A stretch of 64,000 nucleotides of DNA from Bacteroidota bacterium (GTDB lineage: Bacteria > Bacteroidota > Bacteroidia > Chitinophagales > Chitinophagaceae): assembly GCA_018267725.1 (NCBI GenBank), contig JAFDXY010000031.1, positions 23,778 to 87,777 on the forward strand. The letters are read 5' to 3'. Each line of letters begins with the position of its first letter. Position 1 is the first letter of the stretch. A program made the position numbers and the translations under genes. Positions 30,213 through 39,620 of the stretch are shown here, one piece after another. Below the pieces are notes generated by a model, which was given only the letters and a program-made list of their open reading frames with translations, searched no databases and had not been told where the DNA came from.

Positions 30213-31481
30213 TCAATGGTTATCCACAATTAACTGACGTAACAAATTCAATGTATTCACAGCAGTTAATTCAATATTTTTTTCTCTATCAAATCTAAAG
30301 TGAAATTTTCTGGTAATTATTTTGTTTTTGTTGGCTACAGCAACCCATGCAGTGCCAACAGGTTTATCGGGTGTTTCTCCACCCGGACCCATAATTCCAC
30401 TTACTGCAATGCCGTAATCTGTATTCATTATTGTTATAACGTTTTGCACCATTGCTTTTACGGTTTCTTCACTTACGGCACCGTATTTTATAAGTGTTTC
30501 GTGCGGTACTTTTAAAACTTCTTCTTTTACATTATAAGAATAACTTATTACGCTTCCTTCATAATAATCTGATGAACCGGGAATAGTAGTTAATAAGTGT
30601 GAAATATAGCCACCGGTGCAACTTTCAGCAGTGGCAACGGTTTTATTTTTTTCTTTTAATAATTTTCCTACAATGGTTTGCATAGAAATATCTTCATCGG
30701 CAACCATTACATCTTTTACATAATTTTTTAAAGATGAAAAATGTTGATTAATATTTTTTTGAAGTTCTTCTTTATCATTTCCAATTGCAGATAATCTTAA
30801 TCTTACCATTCCGTAATTGGGTAAGTAGGCTAATTTAAAATTTGCCGGTAATGCTTCTTCAAATGGTTTTATTTTTTCTGCTAAAAAAGATTCGCCAATA
30901 CCTGCGGTTAATAATGTTCTATGTTCAATAAATGCTGTTTTAAATTTTTGTATAATGGTTGGTAAAACTTGATTTTGTATTAACCATTTCATTTCATGCG
31001 GAACGCCGGGCATAGCAATAAAAATTTTCTCATCTTTTTCAAACAACATTCCGGGTGCTGTTCCTTTTTCGTTTTTTAAAACGGTGCAAACATCGGGTAC
31101 TTCTGCTTGCTTTTTGTTTCTATCAAGCAAAGGCATTGGGCGTTTAAAAACATATTCAAACAAATAATTTACATGTTCTAATGTTGGTTGGTGCATTATC
31201 ATCTTTCCGTTAAAATACTTGCACAGTAAGGGTTTGGTAATATCATCGGCAGTTGGACCTAATCCGCCTGTTATTAAAATAATGTTTGCGTGTTTGCTTT
31301 CTTCATTTAAAGTATTCCAAATATCATCCCACACATCTCCAACGGCAACACGCCTTTTAACAGGCACTCCAATTTTATTTAATTCTTGTGCAATAAATGC
31401 ACTATTGGTATCAATTACTTGACCAATTAATAATTCATCTCCAATGGTAATAATAGATGCACAAATTGTATTACTGCTCAT
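30213..31481 (-). CDS. cinA: CinA family competence/damage-inducible protein (NMN amidohydrolase)
   Basis: The ORF-track ORF extends to 31526. I prefer M16 (MSSNTICASIITIGDELLIGQVIDTNS). It has a MoCF-binding N-domain and a CinA C-domain (TAESCTGG). Confidence 0.9.
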   Translation of the reverse strand: MSSNTICASIITIGDELLIGQVIDTNSAFIAQELNKIGVPVKRRVAVGDVWDDIWNTLNEESKHANIILITGGLGPTADDITKPLLCKYFNGKMIMHQPTLEHVNYLFEYVFKRPMPLLDRNKKQAEVPDVCTVLKNEKGTAPGMLFEKDEKIFIAMPGVPHEMKWLIQNQVLPTIIQKFKTAFIEHRTLLTAGIGESFLAEKIKPFEEALPANFKLAYLPNYGMVRLRLSAIGNDKEELQKNINQHFSSLKNYVKDVMVADEDISMQTIVGKLLKEKNKTVATAESCTGGYISHLLTTIPGSSDYYEGSVISYSYNVKEEVLKVPHETLIKYGAVSEETVKAMVQNVITIMNTDYGIAVSGIMGPGGETPDKPVGTAWVAVANKNKIITRKFHFRFDREKNIELTAVNTLNLLRQLIVDNH

Positions 31482-31533
31482 AATTATTTTTGAAAACTTA
31501 TCAATTACTTTTATGCAAAATAACAATGCTAAA

Positions 31534-32940
31534 ATGAAAACGGTTAAACTTTTATTTTGTTTAATGTGTGTTACTTGTATAAAATCTCAAACTATTCAGA
31601 ACAAGTTAGATGCAGAAATGAAAACATTTTTGAAAGATGCACAAATGAAACATGCTATTATTTCATTATATGTTGTAAATACAAAAACAAATGAAGTAGT
31701 ATATGCATTGAATGAAGAAACGGGATTAGCATCTGCCAGTTGTCAGAAAATTTTTACAAGTATTGCTGCATTTGATTTATTAGGAAAAGATTACCGCTAC
31801 AAAACTGAAATAGGATATAATGGAAATATTGTAAACGGAACATTAAACGGAAATATTTTTATAACAGGATATGGAGATCCAACTTTAGCAAGTTGGCGTT
31901 ATACCGATACAAAAGATTCGGTTTTATTAAATAGATGGATGCGTGCAATAAAAAATAATAACATAAAAAAAATAAATGGAAACTGTTATTTAGATAATTC
32001 GAAATTTATTTTTAATGCTATGCCCGGTGGTTGGATTTGGGATGATATGGGAAATTATTACGGTGCAGGCACATGGGCATTAAACTGGCACGAAAATCAG
32101 TTTGATTTAATAATGCAACCCGGTAAACAAGAAGGTGATAGTGTTAAGATTATAAAAACAGAACCCAGTTTGATTAATTACAAATTAAAAAATTTTATAA
32201 CAACAGGAAAAGCAGGCAGTGGAGATAATGCATACATTTATTCATCTCCGTATGCTACAACAGCTTTTGCAGAAGGTACAATTCCTGCACAAGAAAAACC
32301 TTTTACTATTTCGGGTTCAATACCTTTCCCTTCGGTACAAATAAAAGCAGCATTCGAAAAATATTTTAAATTATTTAATATTTCTGTACATCAAATTAAA
32401 TTATCTGAAGAAGTTAATAATAATAAACAACTTACTGCAACACCAACTAAAATTATTTATACCAATTACTCTCCAACATTAGATAGTATTAATTATCATT
32501 TCTTGAAAAAAAGTATAAATTTTTATGGAGAAACTTTTGTAAGAACTATTGCTTTAGAAAAAACCAGCATAGGAAATTTTGATTCAGGAATTAATATTGT
32601 AAGAAGATATTGGAAGGAGAGAGGTATTGAAAAAGCTGCTTTACATATTATAGATGGTAGTGGCTTATCTCCGCAAAACAGAGTTACCACACATGCTTTA
32701 GTTACTGCTTTGCAATATGCTCAACAACAAACATGGTTTAACTTTTTTTATAATGCATTGCCCGAGTATAATGGGATGAAATTAAAAAGCGGAACCATTG
32801 GTGGAACAAAAAGTTTTGCAGGCTATCATACTTCAAAAAACAAAACAGCATATACTGTTGCAGTTATTGTAAATAATTTTGATGGCAGTGCTAACGAAAT
32901 TGTAAAGAAAATATTTAAAGTATTAGATGAGTTGAAATAG
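31534..32940 (+). CDS. dacB: D-alanyl-D-alanine carboxypeptidase/endopeptidase (PBP4, peptidase S13)
   Basis: The ORF-track ORF starts at 31444, overlapping cinA. The plausible starts are 31513 or 31534 (MKTVKLLFCLMCV signal peptide). It carries SxxK (SASCQKIF) and KSGT motifs. Confidence 0.85.
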   Translation: MKTVKLLFCLMCVTCIKSQTIQNKLDAEMKTFLKDAQMKHAIISLYVVNTKTNEVVYALNEETGLASASCQKIFTSIAAFDLLGKDYRYKTEIGYNGNIVNGTLNGNIFITGYGDPTLASWRYTDTKDSVLLNRWMRAIKNNNIKKINGNCYLDNSKFIFNAMPGGWIWDDMGNYYGAGTWALNWHENQFDLIMQPGKQEGDSVKIIKTEPSLINYKLKNFITTGKAGSGDNAYIYSSPYATTAFAEGTIPAQEKPFTISGSIPFPSVQIKAAFEKYFKLFNISVHQIKLSEEVNNNKQLTATPTKIIYTNYSPTLDSINYHFLKKSINFYGETFVRTIALEKTSIGNFDSGINIVRRYWKERGIEKAALHIIDGSGLSPQNRVTTHALVTALQYAQQQTWFNFFYNALPEYNGMKLKSGTIGGTKSFAGYHTSKNKTAYTVAVIVNNFDGSANEIVKKIFKVLDELK

Positions 32941-32950
32941 TTTGTAAAGA

Positions 32951-32982
32951 AGAAGGTATGTTGTTGTTTTAACATACCTTCT
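32951..32982. terminator. Bidirectional hairpin terminator between convergent dacB and the RND adaptor gene
   Basis: AGAAGGTATGTT / AACATACCTTCT form a 12-bp perfect stem with an 8-nt loop. Confidence 0.6.
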
Positions 32983-32989
32983 TAATAAT

Positions 32990-34150
32990 TTATTCATCAT
33001 CATTTACCATTTTCATTTTCATAAGCAATGTGTATGCACCTTTGGTTACAATTAATTTTCCTGATAAGCTATTTGCATCTTCATTATTTATTTGAACAAG
33101 ATTATTATTAGTGTTAAGTACAGAAACTTTTTTTAGTGTATAAGTGTATTTGTCTTTCACTACAAAAACATAATTATTCCCTTCATAACTTACAACACTT
33201 TCATCGGGTAAAGTATTTCCTACTGTATTGGTAATTTCAATTTCTGCATTCATATACATGCCCGGAAGCAAAGTTTTATCATAACTTTCAAAATGGCAAT
33301 GCACATCAACAGTACCTTCTTTGCTTACATCTTTACTTATTAAAACAATTTCACATTCATATTTTTTTGTTGGGTTGGCATTGGTGTAAGCAATTACTTT
33401 TTTGCCAATTGCTAATGTTGCAACATCTTTTTCAAACACTTTTAAATTCAAATGAATATCAGACGGATTAACTGCATCAAACAAAATTTCAGTTGGCGAA
33501 ACATATTTGCCAATGTTTACATTTACTTTGGTAATAAAGCCATCAATAGGGGCATATAAAAAAATACTTTTTGAAATATTTGCAGGTGTTATTTTGGTTG
33601 GGTTAATATTTATCAGCTTTAATTTTTCACTTAAAGATGCTAATAAAATAGTTGCATTTTTAAATTCTGTTTCTGCTTGCTGCATTACTTTATTGCTGCT
33701 TGACTGTGTTTCATTTAATTCTTTTTGCCTATTGTATTCTGTTTCTGCATAATGTAGTTTAGATTTAGCAAGCAAATAATCTTGTTGCAACTGAATAAAT
33801 TGTTGGTCTTCAATAGTTGCAATTATTTCTCCTTTGCTAATATGCATGCCAGGCAACAGTTTGGTATCTTTTAAATACCCGCCCATTGGGCAACTTATTG
33901 AAACAAGATTTTGCGGAGGCACTTCAATTAAGCCATTTATTTTTAATGCAGTTGAAATATTTTTTTGTTGTAAACTTATAGTTTCTATACCTGCATTTTT
34001 TAGTTGAGCATCGGTAAGTGTTACAATGCTATCGTTAATTTCTGTTTTTGTGGTTTCTTGTGTTGAAGATGATTTACATGAAAATAAAAACACACTTGCA
34101 AAACTTATGGCACAGAAATAAGAGATATTTTTTTTGATGATTGAATACAT
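32990..34150 (-). CDS. Efflux RND transporter periplasmic adaptor subunit (CzcB/HlyD-like)
   Basis: 386 aa with a lipobox (LFSC), coiled-coil hairpin and barrel-sandwich patterns. It lies immediately downstream of the RND pump. Confidence 0.85.
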   Translation of the reverse strand: MYSIIKKNISYFCAISFASVFLFSCKSSSTQETTKTEINDSIVTLTDAQLKNAGIETISLQQKNISTALKINGLIEVPPQNLVSISCPMGGYLKDTKLLPGMHISKGEIIATIEDQQFIQLQQDYLLAKSKLHYAETEYNRQKELNETQSSSNKVMQQAETEFKNATILLASLSEKLKLININPTKITPANISKSIFLYAPIDGFITKVNVNIGKYVSPTEILFDAVNPSDIHLNLKVFEKDVATLAIGKKVIAYTNANPTKKYECEIVLISKDVSKEGTVDVHCHFESYDKTLLPGMYMNAEIEITNTVGNTLPDESVVSYEGNNYVFVVKDKYTYTLKKVSVLNTNNNLVQINNEDANSLSGKLIVTKGAYTLLMKMKMVNDDE

Positions 34151-34157
34151 ATTAAAA

Positions 34158-35375
34158 TTATTTTAAAATGAAATTAATTTCTACCACTATGTTGTTATGA
34201 TTTTGAATGGCTTCAATATATCCGCTTTCAATAGCAATACTTTGGTTAAGCAGTATAACAAAATCTAAATAATTTATTTCGCCTGTTGTAAATTGTTTAT
34301 CGGCTGTATTGCTTATGGTTGCTGCGTTTTTTAAACCCGTTGTTTCAAAATATTTAAGTGAAACATTATTGTTTGCATACGCAGTTAAAAGCTTTTTCAT
34401 GTTTATTTGCAACTCTTGTTGTGTGTTTGCAGATTCGTTTGCGGCAATTAACTGAGCAGTTTTACTACTTTTAATTTTTGCTTTTTGGCTTTGTGTAAAA
34501 ATGGGAATACCCACACCAATTTGAACAGATGCAAATCTGTTGGCTGTTGTGTATATGTTATTGTCTGCAGCACTTCCGCTAAAAGTGGTAGCATTAACAC
34601 CAAAATTTATATCAGGATTTAGTTTAGCTTTTTCTAAATCTGTTTTACGTTGTTCTATAACAATTTGCTGATTTAATAACTGTAACAACGGATGATTTTT
34701 TAAATTGCTTGTATCTATAACAGCTTTTATTTTGTTTAAATTATTTTCATATTCTGGAATACAATTATTGTTATTAATTAAATATTGAAACAACAATAAA
34801 TTACTTTCTATTTCTTGATGAATTTGATTTAGTTGTAATTGAATAGAAGCTTTTTGATTTTCGGCTGTTGCTTTTTCAAGTACGTTAGATTCTCCTTTTT
34901 GTAATCTTAATAATGCTTTGTTGTAAAACAACGTATATAAACTATCGGCTTTCAATAATAAACTTTCTTTTGCTTTTAGTGATTGATGAACGTAATAACA
35001 TTGTGTTACCGCTTTTTTCAATTCAAAAATTTTTAACTGCTTATTTAATATTGCAGAACCGTATTCGGCAGTTAATACTTCTTTTTGTTTTTTATAAACC
35101 GTTGGAAATTGTATGGTTTGATTAATACTGAATTTATAATCGAACAGAGGACTATTTATTTGTCCCCACTCACTAAACAAATTTGTTTTTGGAATATCTG
35201 CCGATGTTTGAATTAAACTTTTTGCATAAGTTTCTTTCAACACTTCATTTTTTATTCTGTTATTGTTTATTACTGCACTATCAACAGCTTGATTTAAGTT
35301 TATAGAATTTTGTGCATGAATATTTTGCGTAAACAATAACAAAACTATTATTGCAGTAATTGATTTTGTTTTCAT
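34158..35375 (-). other. TolC/CzcC-like outer-membrane factor module with its own ATG and signal peptide (possible independent translation)
   Basis: The internal in-frame ATG at 35375-35373 encodes MKTKSITAIIVLLLFTQNIHAQ-NSINLNQAVDSAV. Confidence 0.5.
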
Positions 35376-38300
35376 TTTTTTTATCTTAATTCCTTGTTCA
35401 AAAATTATATATAATAAAGGCAATACAAACAATGTAAGAAAAGTTGCTATTAATAATCCGCCAATTACAACAGTTGCTAAAGGTCTTTGTACTTCGGCAC
35501 CTGCACCATTGCTTATGGCCATTGGTAAAAACCCGAGTGATGCTACAGAAGCAGTCATTAAAACCGGACGTAGCCTGAGTTTTGTGCCTTTAATTACAAT
35601 TAATGGTAACGATTGAATGCCTAATAATTTAAGCCTATTAAACTCTGCTACTAATACAATTCCGTTTAATACAGATACACCAAATAATGCAATAAAACCA
35701 ACGCCTGCACTTATACTAAATGGCATACCTCTTAACACAAGAAATAAAATTCCGCCAATAGCAGATAATGGAATGGCAGTATAAATTAATAAACCTTGTT
35801 TAATGTTTTTAAATGCAAAAAATAATAAAATAAAAATGAGTATGAGAGAAACAGGAACAGCTATCATTAATCTGTTTTTTGCTTGTACTAAATTTTCAAA
35901 AGCACCACCATAGGTAACATAATAGCCTGCCGGAAATTTAAGTTGTTTATTTGTTTTTTGTTGAAGTTCTTCTACAATACTTTGTATATCTCTTCCGCTA
36001 ACATTAAACCCAACAATAATTCTGCGTTTAGCATCTTCTCTTTGAATTTGGTTTACATCATTCTTAATATTTATGTTGGCTAATTGGTATAATGGTATTT
36101 GCATTCCGTTAGAAACGGGTACTAATAAATTTTTTATATCATCAATATTTTTTTTATTATTTCCGTTTAAACGAACAACAACATCAAATCTTTTTTCATC
36201 TTCAAAAAATAATCCTGTGCTTTGCCCTGCAAAAGATGAATTAATTATTTTATTAATATCTGAAATAGATAAATGATATTGTGCAATAGTGGCTCTGTTG
36301 TATTCTATAACTACTTGAGGCATTCCTTTAATAGGCTCTATATATAAGTTTGAAGCACCTTTTACGGTTGAAATAATTTTTCCGAGTTGTGTTGCGTAAT
36401 TAGCAAGTGTATCTAAATTTTCGCCAAATATTTTGCAAACAATATCTTGCCTTGCACCAGTCATTAATTCATTAAACCTCATTTGTACAGGAAATTGAAA
36501 ACTTGTTGTTATTCCTGCAACATTGTGTAAAGCAGTACTCATTTTATTTTCTAACTCTGTAAATGTTTTGGCAGATTTCCATTCTTTTTTATCTTTTAAA
36601 ATAACCATCATATCACTGGCTTCCATAGGCATGGGGTCTGTTGGTATTTCTCCACTGCCAATTTTAGTAACTACTTTTTCTACTTCAGGAAACTGTGTTT
36701 TTAATATATGTGCTGCCTTTTGTGTATAAGCTATGGTTGTAGTAAGATTGCTACCTGTTAATACTTTTGTATCTACTGCAAAATCTCCTTCTTCTAATGC
36801 AGGAATAAATTCTCCACCTAAACGTGTAAGCAATATTATACTTCCAACAAATAATATAAATACGCTTGTTAAAATAGTTTTAGGATATTTTAAAACAAAT
36901 GCTAATTTTTTTGCAAACAAATATTCTAATTGCAACATTATTTTTTCTGAAAGATTAATCTTGTGTTTATGTTTTTTTGATAATACAAGGCTACTCATCA
37001 TTGGAATATAGGTAAGCGATAATATGAATGCACCCAATAATGCAAACGAAACTGTTTGTGCCATGGGTTTAAACATTTTTCCTTCAATACCTTGTAAAGT
37101 AAAAATGGGTAGATACACCACAAGAATTATTATTTGACCAAACACGGCACTGTTCATCATTTTTTTAGCAGATGTTTCTACCAATACATTCATTTTTTGT
37201 TGAGAAATAATATTGTGTTTGTATATTTTTTGATTGTTGTGAAGTATATGCATTACGGCTTCTACAATAATTACGGCACCATCTACAATTAACCCGAAAT
37301 CTAATGCACCAAGGCTCATTAAGTTACCGCTTACACCAAACAAATTCATCATGCAAATGGCAAACAACATTGATAAAGGAATAACTGATGCTACTAATAA
37401 GCCTGCTCTTAAATTTCCTAAAAAAACTACTAATACAAATACAACAATTAAAGCTCCTTCAACTAAATTTTTTTCAACAGTACCAATAGCATGGTTTACC
37501 ATTTTTGTTCTGTCTAAAAAAGGTTCTATTACAACTCCTTCAGGTAATGTTTTTTGAATTTGTGCTACACGTTCTTTTACATTTTTTATTACTTCACTAC
37601 TGTTAGCACCTTTTAACATCATTACTACGGCACCACTTACTTCGCCTTCATCGTTATAACACATTGCACCATAACGTGTAGCATAACTTATGTTTACATC
37701 TGCTACATCTCGTATAAAAAGTGGGAGCGTAGCATTGGGTTTGTTGATGGAAATATTTTTAATATCATCAATACTTTTTAATAACCCTTCAGTTCTTATA
37801 AATAATACGGTTGGGCCTTTTTCAATATATGCACCACCTGTGTTTTGATTATTGTTTTCAAGTGCATTAAAAATATCGGTTATGGTTATGCCATAAGCAT
37901 TTAATTTATTAGGGTTTACAGAAATTTCATATTGCTTTAACTTGCCGCCAAAACTGCTAACATCTGCTACGCCTTTAACACCTAATAATTGTCTTCTTAC
38001 AATCCAATCTTGAATAGTTCTTAAAGCAATAACATCATATTTTTTTTCAAATCCTTTTTTAGGTCTAACAACATATTGATAAATTTCTCCAAGTCCTGTT
38101 GTAATAGGTCCTAACTGCGGTGTACCAATGCCTGCAGGTATTTGAGATTGTATTTGTTGAAGTTTTTCTGTTACTTGTTGCCTTGCCCAATAAACATCAA
38201 CATTATCGTTAAATACAATGGTTACAAGTGAAAGCCCGAATCTTGAAAAACTTCTTATTTCTTTTATTCCGGCAATATTACTATTGGCTTGCTCTACCGG

Positions 38301-38501
38301 GAATGTTACAAATCTTTCAATATCTGTTGCACTAAATGATGGAGCAACTGTTATAACTTGTACTTGATTGTTGGTAATATCTGGTACGGCATCTATAGGT
38401 AATTTACTTGTTTGATAAATACCTGTTGCAATAAGGGCAATTACCAAAAGCCCAATAATGAGTTTGTTTTTTATTGAAAACTCAATAATTCTGTTAAGCA
38501 T
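34158..38501 (-). CDS. CusA/CzcA-family heavy-metal efflux RND pump read in frame into a TolC-like outer-membrane factor (1447 aa)
   Basis: Residues 1-1042 form a complete 12-TM CzcA-type pump (MLNRIIEFSIKNKL...PIDAVPDITNNQVQV). Residues 1043-1447 begin with a signal peptide (MKTKSITAIIVLLLFTQNIHAQ) followed by OEP/TolC-type repeats. No stop codon separates the two parts. Confidence 0.85.
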   Translation of the reverse strand: MLNRIIEFSIKNKLIIGLLVIALIATGIYQTSKLPIDAVPDITNNQVQVITVAPSFSATDIERFVTFPVEQANSNIAGIKEIRSFSRFGLSLVTIVFNDNVDVYWARQQVTEKLQQIQSQIPAGIGTPQLGPITTGLGEIYQYVVRPKKGFEKKYDVIALRTIQDWIVRRQLLGVKGVADVSSFGGKLKQYEISVNPNKLNAYGITITDIFNALENNNQNTGGAYIEKGPTVLFIRTEGLLKSIDDIKNISINKPNATLPLFIRDVADVNISYATRYGAMCYNDEGEVSGAVVMMLKGANSSEVIKNVKERVAQIQKTLPEGVVIEPFLDRTKMVNHAIGTVEKNLVEGALIVVFVLVVFLGNLRAGLLVASVIPLSMLFAICMMNLFGVSGNLMSLGALDFGLIVDGAVIIVEAVMHILHNNQKIYKHNIISQQKMNVLVETSAKKMMNSAVFGQIIILVVYLPIFTLQGIEGKMFKPMAQTVSFALLGAFILSLTYIPMMSSLVLSKKHKHKINLSEKIMLQLEYLFAKKLAFVLKYPKTILTSVFILFVGSIILLTRLGGEFIPALEEGDFAVDTKVLTGSNLTTTIAYTQKAAHILKTQFPEVEKVVTKIGSGEIPTDPMPMEASDMMVILKDKKEWKSAKTFTELENKMSTALHNVAGITTSFQFPVQMRFNELMTGARQDIVCKIFGENLDTLANYATQLGKIISTVKGASNLYIEPIKGMPQVVIEYNRATIAQYHLSISDINKIINSSFAGQSTGLFFEDEKRFDVVVRLNGNNKKNIDDIKNLLVPVSNGMQIPLYQLANINIKNDVNQIQREDAKRRIIVGFNVSGRDIQSIVEELQQKTNKQLKFPAGYYVTYGGAFENLVQAKNRLMIAVPVSLILIFILLFFAFKNIKQGLLIYTAIPLSAIGGILFLVLRGMPFSISAGVGFIALFGVSVLNGIVLVAEFNRLKLLGIQSLPLIVIKGTKLRLRPVLMTASVASLGFLPMAISNGAGAEVQRPLATVVIGGLLIATFLTLFVLPLLYIIFEQGIKIKKMKTKSITAIIVLLLFTQNIHAQNSINLNQAVDSAVINNNRIKNEVLKETYAKSLIQTSADIPKTNLFSEWGQINSPLFDYKFSINQTIQFPTVYKKQKEVLTAEYGSAILNKQLKIFELKKAVTQCYYVHQSLKAKESLLLKADSLYTLFYNKALLRLQKGESNVLEKATAENQKASIQLQLNQIHQEIESNLLLFQYLINNNNCIPEYENNLNKIKAVIDTSNLKNHPLLQLLNQQIVIEQRKTDLEKAKLNPDINFGVNATTFSGSAADNNIYTTANRFASVQIGVGIPIFTQSQKAKIKSSKTAQLIAANESANTQQELQINMKKLLTAYANNNVSLKYFETTGLKNAATISNTADKQFTTGEINYLDFVILLNQSIAIESGYIEAIQNHNNIVVEINFILK

Positions 38502-38599
38502 ATAATATTTTTGTTATATTTCTGTATGAAATAATTGCGTATTGTAATAAACCTTACTACGGCTTAGTACAATTCTTAAACAATAAAAATTAGGATAGC

Positions 38600-38986
38600 T
38601 TAACAAAACTTAGGAGGCTGCCAAATATTATTTAGATGTGCAGGAGAGAGATTGGATGCTTGATACTCAAAACTCTTTATTTTTTTTATAAAGAATTCTT
38701 GTTTTTTTATAATGAAATTAGTTTGCGGAAAAACATTTAACACCGTAAATGCAAAATTAAAATTTAATGTTTTAAAAGGAAGTTGCATGTCTTTATCATA
38801 ATCTGCATATTGAGGGTCTCCATTAAAATAATGCATTTTTAAGTATGCAATAAAACTCATCCCTTCATTTTGAGATTTATGTTCTATGTAATGCGTAATA
38901 AGCAAAGGCAACTTGCCTAATTCTTTTAAAGGTGTATAGGCAAGAAGGAAAGAAATAAAAAGTATGGCTACTAATATTTTTTTCAT
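38600..38986 (-). CDS. Small exported hypothetical protein heading the metal-efflux operon
   Basis: 128 aa with an N-terminal hydrophobic segment and His-containing motifs (THYIEHKSQ, KMHYFNGD). Confidence 0.5.
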   Translation of the reverse strand: MKKILVAILFISFLLAYTPLKELGKLPLLITHYIEHKSQNEGMSFIAYLKMHYFNGDPQYADYDKDMQLPFKTLNFNFAFTVLNVFPQTNFIIKKQEFFIKKIKSFEYQASNLSPAHLNNIWQPPKFC

Positions 38987-39048
38987 GCTTGCAAAAATAA
39001 CTAATTATTGGCTACATTTTTTTAAGTGAAGTTTTAAAAAGTACATTA

Positions 39049-39459
39049 TTAATGAAAGAAGGTTGCAAATTTATCTTTTAAAGCCTGTGGCATAGTTGTT
39101 TTTTCTTTAGTGGTGGCATTTAAAAAGTATAAAACTACTTTTCCTACTGTTAATAATTTTTCGTTCTCATTATACACTTCGTGATGAAATTCAATTCTAT
39201 AATTTGTAGGCAATTCTTTTAGTATTGTTTTCACGGTTAATAAATCATCGTAATGTGCAGGACGTAAATATTTGCAATGCAATTCTACAATTGGCATAAT
39301 AGTACCAGATGCTTCCATTTCTTTATATGAAACTCCTAAACTTCTCATGCTTTCAACTCTGGCTACTTCAAAATACTGAGCATAATTTCCATGATACACT
39401 ACATTCATTTGGTCTGTTTCGGCATATCTAACTCTTACTTGTGTTTTATATTCAAACAT
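39049..39459 (-). CDS. Acyl-CoA thioesterase, YbgC/4HBT hotdog family
   Basis: 136 aa with VRVRYAETDQMNVVYHGNY, typical of this family. Confidence 0.88.
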   Translation of the reverse strand: MFEYKTQVRVRYAETDQMNVVYHGNYAQYFEVARVESMRSLGVSYKEMEASGTIMPIVELHCKYLRPAHYDDLLTVKTILKELPTNYRIEFHHEVYNENEKLLTVGKVVLYFLNATTKEKTTMPQALKDKFATFFH

Positions 39460-39620
39460 GTTATTCTATTTCTGTTGGTAAAGTTATGCAAGCTTATTCT
39501 TTATCCACAAAAAATATGGAATGGCATTTGCTTGTAAAGGGCTTATTATCTTTAAAAAGATTTTACTTTTTATTAAGAAGTAAAACACAATCTTTGTTTG
39601 TAATGCCCCATATCTACTCT

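Noticed and set aside
39441-39620. N-terminal extensions in the ORF track (39441 for the TPR gene, 31444/31526 for dacB/cinA, 45155 for the methyltransferase, 11619 for the PBP-like gene, 53254 for cobB)
   Set aside because: The extensions overlap neighbouring genes or lie in repeat or intergenic sequence. They precede clear signal peptides or conserved N-termini, so downstream ATGs were preferred.
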